DNA of 32,000 bases, taken from positions 750,001 through 782,000 of the forward strand of contig NC_016070.1 of assembly GCF_000253055.1 (NCBI RefSeq), given 5' to 3'. This DNA is from Thermoproteus tenax Kra 1. Its GTDB lineage: Archaea; Thermoproteota; Thermoprotei; Thermoproteales; Thermoproteaceae. The translations under genes and the position numbers were made by a program. A model generated the notes under the pieces. That model saw nothing but the letters and a program-made list of their open reading frames with translations. It was not told the DNA's origin and ran no database searches. Shown in pieces: positions 1 through 8,823 of this stretch; the first letter of the stretch is position 1; every line of letters starts with the position of its first letter.

Positions 1-13
1 AGCGTGGGCATGG

Positions 14-1762
14 TTAATACTTCCTTTCCTCCAACTTAGTCCATTTGGTTATTCTCACAGGCGCATACGTCAGCCTTATCTGGCCGCCATCTAGATATGC
101 GATGGTGTGCTTAAGCCAGTTGGCATCATCGCGTTTAGGATAGTCCAAACGATAATGGGCCCCCCTTGACTCTTGTCTTGACAACGCTCCATAGGCTATG
201 GCCAACGCTACCTCGATCATACCATCGAGCTCCAACGCATCTTTAAGGTTCTGGTTATAGACTCTGCTTCTGTCCTCAATCCTGACTTTGGCTATATCCT
301 CTTTGATCTTAAGCAACTTCGGGATACCCTCCTTCATGACCGATTCGTGTCTGAAGGGCCCGAAGTGCTGCTCCATGGTGTCTTGGAGACGCCCTTTCAA
401 CTCATAGACCGATATGCCCCCTGTCTCCGTATGGAGCAGCCTGTCGAATATTCTGGACTCCTCAGATTGAGCCACCTCCTTGTAATGTCCGTCAAGAGCA
501 GGCGAGGGCTTCTCCAGGGCGTACTTAGCCGCGGCCTCGCCGGTCAGTCTTCCCCAGACCGAGCATTCGCTGAGCGAGTTGGAGCCGAGTCTGTTCGCGC
601 CGTGGACGCTTATAGCCGCGGCCTCGCCCGCTACCCAGAGGCCTCTAACCCACTGGCCGTCCGCCGTCAGCGCACGCCCATATGTATCAGCGTTTATGCC
701 TCCCATAGTATAGTGGACGGCCGGTCTAACGGGTATAAGCTCAGTAAGGGGATCTATTCCAACGTACTTGTGGGCCAGCTCTCTTATGAACGGTATCTTT
801 TGATTTAACACGTCCTCGCCCAAATGTCTTAGATCAAGCCCGACGTAGCCCATGCCGCTCTCTTCGTGCACAAAGCCGCGTCCCTCGGCTATCTCTGTCA
901 ATATAGCTCTCGACACTATATCCCGGGGCGCCAGCTCCATCTTCTGCGGCGCGTACCGCTTCATGAACCTCTCGCCCTCCTTGTTGACGAGGTAGCCCCC
1001 CTCGCCTCTGGCTGCCTCGCTCACGAGTATACCGCTGGGAACTAGAGCGGTCGGATGCCACTGGACGAACTCCATGTCTTTTAGCGCCAGGCCCGCTCTT
1101 AGGGCATACCCCAACATCTCCCCAGTAGTCGAGTGGGCCGTCGTAGTGAACCTATACAGTCTGCCCGCCCCCCCAGTTGCTATTATGGCGGCCTTTGCCA
1201 AAAAGAGCCTGAGCTCCCCGGTCTTCAGATCTATAGCTGTAGCGCCCTTAAATTCATTATTTTCAATTATTAATTTTGTTACAAAATGCTCATGATATTG
1301 TTTAATATTACTAAATCTTAATATATTTTGATATAAGGTTGACATGATAAAAAATCCAGTTTTGTCGGCCGCAAATGTAGTTCGGGGTATCGACATCCCT
1401 CCGAAGGCTCTTTGGTACATCCGTCCATCGGGCAGACGGCTCCAAGGCACTCCGATCCGCTCAAGGAATCTGACCTCAGAGGGGGCCGATTGAACTAACA
1501 GCTCAACGGCATCCTGGTCTGCTAGAAAGTCGGCGCCCTTTATGGTATCGTAGGCGTGAAGCTCTAGGCTGTCCCCAGTCTTATCGGGATACAGGACGGC
1601 CGACATACCGCCCTCGGCAGAGACGGAGTGGGACCTCATCACTTGGACCTTGCTTATGATCGCTATATCGAGATTGCCTCCGACATACGCCGCCTGTAGA
1701 GCAGCTCTGAGGCCCGCAATACCTGAGCCTATGATCAGCAGATCGTGCCTTAAAATCTCCAT
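14..1762 (-). CDS. sdhA: Succinate dehydrogenase / fumarate reductase flavoprotein subunit
   Basis: 582-aa ORF. It has an N-terminal FAD dinucleotide fold ([16 protein letters not shown]), an [10 protein letters not shown] covalent-FAD histidine region, and AARGEGGYL and HYTMGGI motifs typical of SdhA/FrdA. An ATG (complement of 9-11) lies 2 nt after its stop, so a downstream gene probably runs off the window. Confidence 0.9.
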   Translation of the reverse strand: MEILRHDLLIIGSGIAGLRAALQAAYVGGNLDIAIISKVQVMRSHSVSAEGGMSAVLYPDKTGDSLELHAYDTIKGADFLADQDAVELLVQSAPSEVRFLERIGVPWSRLPDGRMYQRAFGGMSIPRTTFAADKTGFFIMSTLYQNILRFSNIKQYHEHFVTKLIIENNEFKGATAIDLKTGELRLFLAKAAIIATGGAGRLYRFTTTAHSTTGEMLGYALRAGLALKDMEFVQWHPTALVPSGILVSEAARGEGGYLVNKEGERFMKRYAPQKMELAPRDIVSRAILTEIAEGRGFVHEESGMGYVGLDLRHLGEDVLNQKIPFIRELAHKYVGIDPLTELIPVRPAVHYTMGGINADTYGRALTADGQWVRGLWVAGEAAAISVHGANRLGSNSLSECSVWGRLTGEAAAKYALEKPSPALDGHYKEVAQSEESRIFDRLLHTETGGISVYELKGRLQDTMEQHFGPFRHESVMKEGIPKLLKIKEDIAKVRIEDRSRVYNQNLKDALELDGMIEVALAIAYGALSRQESRGAHYRLDYPKRDDANWLKHTIAYLDGGQIRLTYAPVRITKWTKLEERKY

Positions 1763-1855
1763 GACAGATAATCGATGTCATTATATATAATTATTCTACG
1801 GCGAGCGCTACAAGCAATCTTCTGTAAATTTTTAAAGAAATATCACGACTAATCC

Positions 1856-2473
1856 GTGAGCCCGGAGGTTCTAAAGGTCTCAGTCTCAGAGAGGAGCGGC
1901 GCAGATACATGTACGGGCCAAAAGATAGCGCGATGCTGTCTTGGAAACATATGTATAGATGCGCCCGTGGACTCGAACGTAAAATCCGGCGCATATAGCG
2001 TTGAGGACGCTCTGAGGGATCCTTCGCTGAGGTTCTGCGTTGAAGCGATACGTGCTAGGGCCTTGACTGCGGCTAAGTCGGCCTTCTCGTGTCACCCTCA
2101 CGAGAGCAATAAGTGTGTGAGCAGATTTGTCGAATATATCTCACTGATATATGGCGGCCCCGTTTTGTTGGTGGGCTACAGCGAGAGAGTGGCCAACGCG
2201 CTAGACTACATAGTGCCCGAGATCTACGTATACGACCCCGCCAGAGTATCCCCCAAGCCCGTGGACTTTGTTGACGACGACGGTCTCAAGAGAATAATAG
2301 ACAAAGTCGGAGTGGTCATCATTGCACCTGGAGCCGCCACATCTGTGGACGTCAAATCGATCGTTGAGAGAGCGAGGCAAGCGGGCAAACCCGTCATAGC
2401 CTACGGCGTCAGCTTTGCCGGACTGGCGAAGCAGTTGGGCGTACTACACTTCTGTCCCTACGGCAGATTCTAA
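1856..2473 (+). CDS. Hypothetical protein with C-terminal Rossmann-like domain (resembles DUF364 putative chelation domain)
   Basis: 205-aa ORF with a GTG start and no internal Met. The C-terminal half (GGPVLLVGYS...VVIIAPGAATSVDVKSIVE...GKPVIAYGVS) resembles DUF364-type Rossmann domains from memory. A TATA-like TTTTTAAAG lies about 20 nt upstream. Both start and function are uncertain. Confidence 0.4.
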   Translation: MSPEVLKVSVSERSGADTCTGQKIARCCLGNICIDAPVDSNVKSGAYSVEDALRDPSLRFCVEAIRARALTAAKSAFSCHPHESNKCVSRFVEYISLIYGGPVLLVGYSERVANALDYIVPEIYVYDPARVSPKPVDFVDDDGLKRIIDKVGVVIIAPGAATSVDVKSIVERARQAGKPVIAYGVSFAGLAKQLGVLHFCPYGRF

Positions 2474-2716
2474 CCGGTCCTGGTCGGCCGACAGACGGCC
2501 AACTACGGAACGCTAGTAGAGCTAAGTCTTGCAGAGAGGGTGGACGACCAGATGCTCGTCAAGCTCTATATCGTGCGCCATATATACTCAGCTCTGGTAT
2601 ATGTCTTCACGTCTCAGCAATACCAGCCCTCGTCACTCTGGACGACATAATTCTGTAAGTTTAAATGCTAGCTCTTGCATACATAACCTCTGGTTATGGT
2701 GAGCATAAGCCGCGCT

Positions 2717-2740
2717 CCCCGCCCTAAAGGGCAGGGTTTC
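2717..2740. repeat. GC-rich hairpin repeat, copy A (putative IS end)
   Basis: The sequence ccccgccctaaagggcagggtttc forms an imperfect hairpin. It shares the core CCCCGCCCTnAnGGGC with copies B and C. Confidence 0.6.
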
Positions 2741-2787
2741 TCCTCGCCCACGCCTTCATCGGTAGCCAGGCAACCTCCGGCGTGGGC

Positions 2788-3284
2788 TCATCGGGCATGG
2801 GGCCGGGCGGCACGCGGCCCTCCGCGAGTTTTTCCACTTATGGCGGTATAGCCTGGCTTCCAGAGGTGGTCGTCAAGCCATACGGATACCTTCCTCACCT
2901 CCGGCCTCTCCGTCCTCGCCTTGCCCTCCCGCTTCAGCGCCATAAAGCTCTCTATGCGTTGGGAAGCGTCCTGCGCGGCTGTGGAGATGTAGTGGGGTGG
3001 GAGGTCTGGATGCCTCCCCCTCAGCTCCCCGTAGAGGGCCTTGCGGAGCGAGACGTGCCCAGTCACGCCGCGCTCGCGAATTCGACGAAGTGGACGACGA
3101 GCTCCCTATACTTCTCCACAAGCTCCTTCAGCGTATTGAACTTCCTCCAGCTCAGCCGCGGGCTGGGGACAACGACGGCGTGCGTTAGGACGTGCGCTTT
3201 CTCCTCAGCGTTTTTGCCCTTGTTGCGCCTCCGCTTCCTGCCTCTCCTCTGCCCGCTCCCCTCTCTGCCATCCCCTGCTTCCAT
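2788..3284 (-). pseudogene. tnpB: tnpB (IS605 OrfB-type) N-terminal remnant, frameshifted and truncated
   Basis: Two adjacent minus-strand ORF fragments in different frames (3063-3284 and 2788-3066) together read like the N-terminal ~165 aa of archaeal OrfB/TnpB proteins. The motifs are ...RLSWRKFNTLKELVEKYRELV... then ...SLRKALYGELRGRHPDLPPHYISTAAQDASQRIESFMALKREGKA...PEVRKVSVWLDDHLWK. No RuvC or zinc-finger C-terminal part is present. Confidence 0.6.
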
Positions 3285-3376
3285 AATAAAATATAGTCCG
3301 CCGCACAGTGCTTTTCAAGCTTCCTCCTGCACGGAACGCCTTTCTTCGGCCCTGAAAAATTATTAGCTTAAATCCA

Positions 3377-3413
3377 TCCCCGCCCTGAGGGGCGGGGCTT
3401 TCCGTTGTAAACT
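3377..3413. repeat. GC-rich hairpin repeat, copy B (putative IS end)
   Basis: In ccccgccctgaggggcggggctttccgttgtaaactt, the 8-bp stem CCCCGCCC/GGGCGGGG encloses the loop TGAG. 32 of 37 positions are identical to the reverse complement of 16904-16940. Confidence 0.7.
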
Positions 3414-3662
3414 TGAACTATCTCACCAGATTCTATACCCTCCAGTAGAAATACGGCCACTGCGCCCGGACGGCTTACAATAACTGTCGAAACCCCCGGC
3501 AACGGAGCACCCAACCTTGACCACCGTGAGCTGGCCAATCCTACGCAATAGATACTAGCATACTAGTTAGAAGGAATAAGCAGGATGTATGGCAATTTAC
3601 AACAATGAAAAATAATATAATATTAACTGAACAATTTTGTTAGAAATTAATATCATTCAGTT

Positions 3663-4439
3663 TTAATCGGTGCGAGGAGCCAAGATCATTGTGAAGACGC
3701 CGCTTGAGAATTCGTATGTTAGCTTCAGAGGCTTCATGTCGCCCAACTCTACCTTGACCCTTTTGCTTACGCCCTTTAGCTTCCCCGATATGTTTCTTAT
3801 GAGCTCCACAGTGTATTTCGCAGATACTGTGCCCTGAGAGCTGACCTCGTAGAGGCCCTCGCTGTTTTGGTCGAACTCCGTAGAGGCCTCCCTCCCTCCT
3901 TCCCCTTGTGAGACGAACGCAACTGAGGAGGGCGTCACTTTAACTACGACCATGTCGGAGACTTGTTCCATGAGGGCCATTGCGTCGTCAAACTCCGAGG
4001 AGTCCATTGTGAAGGACGCGTCATATTCCACGTTTATCTCAGGCACCTCCTCCTCAGCCAGCTGCACGATGGGGAAGTAGAACCGCCTGACTATGCCCGA
4101 CTCTCTGCCCCTCTTTGGATAGACCGTAAGCGCGAACTTCCGCCTTTCCTCATCGACCCCGATCTCCAGTTTCTCAGTGGCGCCCACCCTCTTGATCGCA
4201 TCCTTCACCGTGGATAGTATCAACCCTATCTTGACGTCGTGCTCAACGGAGTATTCCTCCAACCCGCCTGCAGTATACTCAAGTTGCAACAAGGCGACCT
4301 TGCTGGGATCCAACGCCTTCATCGTTATGCCGTCTGTCGTGAACGACATAGTGATCTCGGGCAACATGGAGATTAACGCCTCAAAAGTATAACGCGGATC
4401 CTTGCCCTTGGGAAACACGGCGCGAGCCGCAAGGCTCAT
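3663..4439 (-). CDS. pcn: DNA polymerase sliding clamp (PCNA)
   Basis: 258 aa, the expected PCNA length. Overall sequence recognised as a crenarchaeal PCNA paralogue (…ITMSFTTDGITMKALDPSKVALLQLEY…, C-terminal …LKLTYEFSSGVFTMILAPR). A TATA-like TTTTTAA sits about 24 nt upstream of the ATG. Confidence 0.85.
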   Translation of the reverse strand: MSLAARAVFPKGKDPRYTFEALISMLPEITMSFTTDGITMKALDPSKVALLQLEYTAGGLEEYSVEHDVKIGLILSTVKDAIKRVGATEKLEIGVDEERRKFALTVYPKRGRESGIVRRFYFPIVQLAEEEVPEINVEYDASFTMDSSEFDDAMALMEQVSDMVVVKVTPSSVAFVSQGEGGREASTEFDQNSEGLYEVSSQGTVSAKYTVELIRNISGKLKGVSKRVKVELGDMKPLKLTYEFSSGVFTMILAPRTD

Positions 4440-4458
4440 GAAAACAAATAATTAGTCT

Positions 4459-4467
4459 GTTAAAAAG
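4459..4467 (-). promoter_or_regulatory. TATA box of the PCNA gene
   Basis: The minus strand reads CCTTTTTAAC, centred about 24 nt upstream of the ATG at 4439. This is consistent with a leaderless archaeal transcript. Confidence 0.45.
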
Positions 4468-4469
4468 GA

Positions 4470-4528
4470 ACTTTGTGATGAACACCCTGATCGCAGACCG
4501 GTGAAGTGAGGTATTACAACTGAAAGTC
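4470..4528 (+). ncRNA. Candidate C/D box sRNA
   Basis: Perfect C box GUGAUGA at 4475-4481. A 12-nt spacer follows, then a degenerate D' box CAGA (4494-4497). After a 3-nt loop comes a degenerate C' box GUGAAGU (4501-4507), then a 12-nt spacer and a D box CUGA (4520-4523). A 5-bp terminal stem pairs ACUUU (4470-4474) with AAAGU (4524-4528). The candidate is intergenic, between the PCNA start and the end of the upstream gene. Confidence 0.45.
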
Positions 4529-4623
4529 TCGACCTTTGGGCAGAGAGTACTGACGTCCGTTTTAGCCGCTGGCCAGGATCCAACGGCCCACTGCCTCAAA
4601 TAAAAAGGAGTTTTCGTGGCCGG

Positions 4624-5853
4624 CTAGCTCAAAGCGCTTTCTAGTGCTGAGGGATTATAGCCCATCACGGCCGTATAAGTCCCATTGGGATAAACTATTA
4701 AGAGGACGGGCGGCGGGGCGCTTTGCGACGGTATGTTAAGGCCTTGTAAGGCAAGACCTAGTAGTGCTGCTTCAGATTCGAGATCAACACTACATGTATT
4801 ATTAGGTAATATAGTATATGAATTACTTGAATTTTCTAATACATTAATATATATTTTCTTTAATAGATTTAATAGATTAGATTTTGAAGCCAAATATGCA
4901 CATCTCAATCTCTCGACAATGGTCGTCGGCTGGCCGGGATAGTCTAACAGTATCAGGCCGCCTCTGCTCAAAAGACTGTAGTTATAGATGAAGAGCTTGG
5001 CAGAGGATGTATCGTTAAGGGCCAGGAAAGCTAGGACAGTGGGTGTCCCATTTTGTACGACCATCCCAATTTTCCTGGCCGCCGCGACCAACGAGAGGCC
5101 GCCCATGTCTCTCACTGGCATGTTGCCCGATAAATTGGATATTATGGAGAGATACGTTGAATTTATTGGAGATATAGACCTCAAGACGTAGGTGACATTA
5201 ATAGTTGTCTGTCCTAATGGAACTAATACTTCATATTTATAAACTATATTATTAATTAAATATATGATATATGTAAAGTTTATTGAATAGAATAAATATG
5301 TAATACTAGTATTATTTTTATATATCAATGCTGTACCAAAAGACGTGGGCGCAGTTCCGGCAAACGAGAGCACTGAAGGCGGAGGCACTTGGGATAACGC
5401 AGAAGCCACGTCGACGAAGTTCGACGGTGCTGAAAACGGTTGAGTTGAACACTGTTGGTTTGAGACGAACACGGGGACTCCGGCTATTCTCTGAGATATA
5501 GTGAAGTTGGAGCAGAAGAACCCTAGAGGACCTGGAAAGCCGATCATATAAAATGAAGCGTTGGGCGTCTGATACACTTCGCCCAGCCTCTGGGGAGCAA
5601 ACAACGCGTACGCTGTGCTGTTCTGTTGGAGGAGACCTATCAGAATAGATCTATTATAATAAACATAAATCAAAGGAACTTTATTTTGATTATTAATAAT
5701 TACATTATATAGATATATTCCATTTTGATATTCAATTTTACTTATATTTAATGTCTTAGGGTAAGATTGTTGGATATGGCTCAGGTACAAGACCGCGATA
5801 GCAACCACCAACGCCGCTACGACGACTAAGGCGAGCACTATAATTTTGTTCAT
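4624..5853 (-). CDS. Hypothetical N-terminally anchored extracellular protein, rich in N-glycosylation sequons
   Basis: 409-aa ORF with an N-terminal hydrophobic anchor (MNKIIVLALVVVAALVVAIAVLYL) and many N-x-S/T sequons. No family recognised. It contains three in-frame AT-rich islands. Confidence 0.7.
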   Translation of the reverse strand: MNKIIVLALVVVAALVVAIAVLYLSHIQQSYPKTLNISKIEYQNGIYLYNVIINNQNKVPLIYVYYNRSILIGLLQQNSTAYALFAPQRLGEVYQTPNASFYMIGFPGPLGFFCSNFTISQRIAGVPVFVSNQQCSTQPFSAPSNFVDVASALSQVPPPSVLSFAGTAPTSFGTALIYKNNTSITYLFYSINFTYIIYLINNIVYKYEVLVPLGQTTINVTYVLRSISPINSTYLSIISNLSGNMPVRDMGGLSLVAAARKIGMVVQNGTPTVLAFLALNDTSSAKLFIYNYSLLSRGGLILLDYPGQPTTIVERLRCAYLASKSNLLNLLKKIYINVLENSSNSYTILPNNTCSVDLESEAALLGLALQGLNIPSQSAPPPVLLIVYPNGTYTAVMGYNPSALESALS

Positions 5854-5880
5854 GACGAAAAAACAGCTGAGTTATATATA

Positions 5881-6300
5881 CTATTCTTTACTAGAGGGCC
5901 TTCTATCGGCAGACAAGCTCTCTATTATCTTGTCCTCTGCGATGAGGTCTCTCACAGACAACACTCCAACTAAGTCGCCGCCCTCGTTCAAGACGACCAG
6001 ATGCCTGATGTGATGCTTCCGCATCAAATATGCAGCCCTGTAGACCGTCTCATCCTCGCGGATCCATATGAACTTTTCCATAGTCCCCACTCTGTCCACA
6101 GTAGTAGTTAGAGGGATCTTTCGAGATATGGCCCTAATTATGTCTCTCTCGCTGATTACGCCGACAGGTCTCTTGGGATTATCGCGGACAATCACCAGGA
6201 GCCCTACGTTCTCCTTAGCCATAAGATCAGCTGCCTCCTCTACAGTGGCGTCAGCCCTTATAGTGACCGGCGGCCTTCTTAGAATTTCTTTAACTAACAC
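5881..6300 (-). CDS. CBS domain pair protein
   Basis: 139 aa with a GTG start. Two CBS repeats are visible: ...PPVTIRADATVEEAADLMAKENVGLLVIV...GVISERDIIRAI and ...IREDETVYRAAYLMRKHHIRHLVVL...GVLSVRDLI. Confidence 0.85.
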   Translation of the reverse strand: MLVKEILRRPPVTIRADATVEEAADLMAKENVGLLVIVRDNPKRPVGVISERDIIRAISRKIPLTTTVDRVGTMEKFIWIREDETVYRAAYLMRKHHIRHLVVLNEGGDLVGVLSVRDLIAEDKIIESLSADRRPSSKE

Positions 6301-6362
6301 AAAAGGATATATTATATTCCTATTTAAAAGTTTCTCTATATTTTTCTATATAGTCTATCTTT

Positions 6363-7661
6363 TTATATATTTCTTAAGACTTGTTTAAGGGATTCTACAT
6401 CAGTGGAGTCAACCCGAATAGTGGGAAGCTCCGATTCGATAACGGAGTTGGATCCGCCTATTAACAACGTCTTTACCTCCTTGAAGGCCTCCCTCGCCTG
6501 CCTTAAGATCTCAGGGCTGACGAAATCGTCTTCTCCATCCGTTATTATTATCAGTTTGTAGTTCCTGAGCCCCGCGGTCTTGGAATCCATCACCGCGGTG
6601 TGGACGGCCGAGGTTATATCGGTGCCCCCTAACGGCAGAACCTTGAGCAAGGCCTTTATCACCTCCTTAACGTTGGTAAGCTGAGGGTACACCATCTGGT
6701 CGAAGAATCTGAGAATGACCTTTCTACTGTGTTTCATCAGTGCCACAGCCAGAGCTGTTGCCCAAGTTATCTTCTGCGTCATATCCATGGCAAAGCCATC
6801 GTACACCGAGTAGAACATGGAACCTGATTTGTCTACAAGGAGGTATATCTTCTCCCTCGTGTCCAAGGAATAGTCTCTTACGGAGAGAGATTTGGTCGCC
6901 AACTTGTAGGCGAATAAGGAGGGCGACGCCAGATATATAGCCTTGCTCAAGTTAGTGACCCTAGTTAAATCTGAGAAGCTCCTCAGATTCCTAACGCCCG
7001 AGGGGATGCCGATTCTTTCAACTATGCCTCCTTCATCGACATAAGGGTCTATTTTAGACAAGATCCTCACTAGAGACTCTAGGATCTTGGCCAGACGTGC
7101 CCTGTAGGGATCTATATCTACATCAAATAGTAGATCGGCAACCTCTTTACCTACATCATCCCCTAAAATCTTTGAGATATTTTTTCTTATTTTATCTAAA
7201 TTTTTTATGTTTCCCATATAGAATCTTAGTAAATTGGTTATTTCTTGCCGTAATGCTTGATTATTCATAAGCCTCTGGACATTTCTCTCATCGCCCTCCC
7301 TCATCCCTTGCACGGTACCTCGCTCAATACGTGACAACAAGCTGTTGTACGCTCTGAGCAGTTTAACGGAAGCAGACCGCGAGATCGTGTAGTTATATCT
7401 GCTCAACTTACTAACCTCTTGATATATATCCGTTGATAGATACGACTTAAGAAAAGTATACCAGAGCGCGCCCTCCTCAGAGGAGGGGCCGCTGGACAAT
7501 ATCGGTGTGCGGTAGTGAATGTAGAACGAGTCAGCTATATACTCAAAGGATATCTTGTTGAGCTTAATGGGGAGCCCCAGACGTTGGATATAGCGTATTA
7601 TCTCCTGCGCCCGCAACCTCGTCAGCTCGTCCGAGTAATCTACGTTGAGAAGGGCGCCCAC
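6363..7661 (-). CDS. von Willebrand factor A (VWA) domain protein, ViaA/CoxE-like partner of the adjacent AAA+ ATPase
   Basis: 432 aa with a GTG start 2 nt after the stop of the upstream ATPase gene. The C-terminal VWA domain has the MIDAS motif D-x-S-x-S (LLVDKSGSM) and IIITDGED. Confidence 0.8.
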   Translation of the reverse strand: MGALLNVDYSDELTRLRAQEIIRYIQRLGLPIKLNKISFEYIADSFYIHYRTPILSSGPSSEEGALWYTFLKSYLSTDIYQEVSKLSRYNYTISRSASVKLLRAYNSLLSRIERGTVQGMREGDERNVQRLMNNQALRQEITNLLRFYMGNIKNLDKIRKNISKILGDDVGKEVADLLFDVDIDPYRARLAKILESLVRILSKIDPYVDEGGIVERIGIPSGVRNLRSFSDLTRVTNLSKAIYLASPSLFAYKLATKSLSVRDYSLDTREKIYLLVDKSGSMFYSVYDGFAMDMTQKITWATALAVALMKHSRKVILRFFDQMVYPQLTNVKEVIKALLKVLPLGGTDITSAVHTAVMDSKTAGLRNYKLIIITDGEDDFVSPEILRQAREAFKEVKTLLIGGSNSVIESELPTIRVDSTDVESLKQVLRNI

Positions 7662-7663
7662 GC

Positions 7664-8776
7664 CTACAACTGGCTCCTTAGCATGCTTAGGGCATCCTTT
7701 ATCTCGGCCATCTCAGTCTGGAAGAATTTATACAAAGTAGGATCGGCGTAGGCCTTATCCATCAACTCCTCAGCCTCCCTCAGCTTTTCGCGCGCGATCG
7801 TCAGCGCGTTGTTTGCTATAAGGGCCTTTATCTCGTTTATTAAGTCGTATAGCGTCGATAGATTGCCGGGCATATGGGAAGACACAAAGGCCTCGTACTC
7901 GCTTAAATCCTCCTTGTCGTGGACTAGATACTTCAAGACCTTAATAGTGGCGGCCCTTATACTTGACGCATCCATATCGCTCGGCTTTATGCCCAATATT
8001 GTCAGATACGCCATAACATAGATTGGAACTTTCACCCTTGTCCTATTGGATATTACTACATGGTCTAGATAGGCCGCTATTAACGGTGAAACATGTTTTA
8101 CTAGTAATTCACTATTTTCATATACTATTTTATTTATATATTCATTTATTTTCTTTATATCATCCATTGTCATTATATGAATCATACGCTCGTACTCTTG
8201 CCTCAAGGCTAGCCCGGTCCTCAAAAGATCCTCGGTCTCCTCGGGCGATGCATACTTAGTGAAAGTCCTCAGAGGGAAGCGGTCATAGAGGGCTTGTAGC
8301 TCCTCCTCGTCGGGCACTCTGTTGGACGCCCCGAACACAGTCCACGTCTTTACTGGGACCACTGCGCCGCCATCAAATATAACTCTCTCGTTTAGTATTG
8401 TAAGGAGAGTGTTGAGGATGGCGCTCGATGCATTAAATATCTCGTCCAACAGAGCCACGTCTGCCTCCACGATAGAGTTGGCATATATCCTCTTCACGTT
8501 GCCCTTGAGCAACTCAACGACATCTATGGGGCCTATGATCTCCTCCAGCTCTGTAAACTTTGTCAATAGTCTGTAGAACCACCGGGCCTTGAGAAGCTTG
8601 GAGAGGGATGCCACCAACATGGTTTTGGCGGTGCCAGGAGGTCCTATCATAATATAGTTTTCTCTACTCAATATTGCTATAAGAGCTCCTGTAATTTCAT
8701 CTGAGAATTTATAGAAGTAAACATTAAGATATTGTCTGACCTTTGATACATCTTTGATCAAAGCATCTACCTCCAC
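7664..8776 (-). CDS. MoxR-class AAA+ ATPase, RavA-like
   Basis: 370 aa with Walker A GPPGTAKT and Walker B ALLDEIFNAS. The LNTLLTILNER and FGASNRVPDEEELQALYDRF segments closely resemble RavA/MoxR signatures. Confidence 0.85.
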   Translation of the reverse strand: MEVDALIKDVSKVRQYLNVYFYKFSDEITGALIAILSRENYIMIGPPGTAKTMLVASLSKLLKARWFYRLLTKFTELEEIIGPIDVVELLKGNVKRIYANSIVEADVALLDEIFNASSAILNTLLTILNERVIFDGGAVVPVKTWTVFGASNRVPDEEELQALYDRFPLRTFTKYASPEETEDLLRTGLALRQEYERMIHIMTMDDIKKINEYINKIVYENSELLVKHVSPLIAAYLDHVVISNRTRVKVPIYVMAYLTILGIKPSDMDASSIRAATIKVLKYLVHDKEDLSEYEAFVSSHMPGNLSTLYDLINEIKALIANNALTIAREKLREAEELMDKAYADPTLYKFFQTEMAEIKDALSMLRSQL

Positions 8777-8823
8777 GAACTCAACGCGACATATACTTAA
8801 ATCTTTATGGGTCTAACGATTGT

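Larger units (their letters stand above)
2700..3415 (-). mobile_element. Decayed, internally deleted IS200/IS605-family (tnpB-only, IS1341-like) element
   Basis: A frameshifted tnpB N-terminal fragment is bracketed by related GC-rich subterminal hairpins (2717-2740 and 3377-3413) in the same orientation relative to the tnpB strand. The boundaries are approximate. Confidence 0.5.

Noticed and set aside
347-1295. Several ORFs overlapping or antisense to sdhA (347-808, 834-1061, 1074-1295, and also 1581-1781).
   Set aside because: They lie entirely within the strongly supported sdhA gene and give Arg/Ser/Pro-rich nonsense-like translations.
1940-2040. GGACTCGAAC-containing segment that superficially resembles a tRNA T-arm on the minus strand.
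   Set aside because: No complementary T-stem, acceptor stem or D-arm could be built. It lies inside the 1856-2473 ORF.
2782-3366. 194-aa plus-strand ORF (with further overlapping ORFs at 2873-3121 and 2997-3188).
   Set aside because: It lies antisense to the tnpB remnant. The product is low-complexity and Pro/Ser/Leu-rich with no motif. Long antisense ORFs are expected in GC-rich coding DNA, and the minus-strand fragments carry the recognisable TnpB-like sequence.
4381-4599. 72-aa minus-strand ORF spanning the PCNA upstream region.
   Set aside because: It overlaps the PCNA start and promoter and has no motif. The region is better explained by the promoter plus the C/D box sRNA candidate on the other strand.
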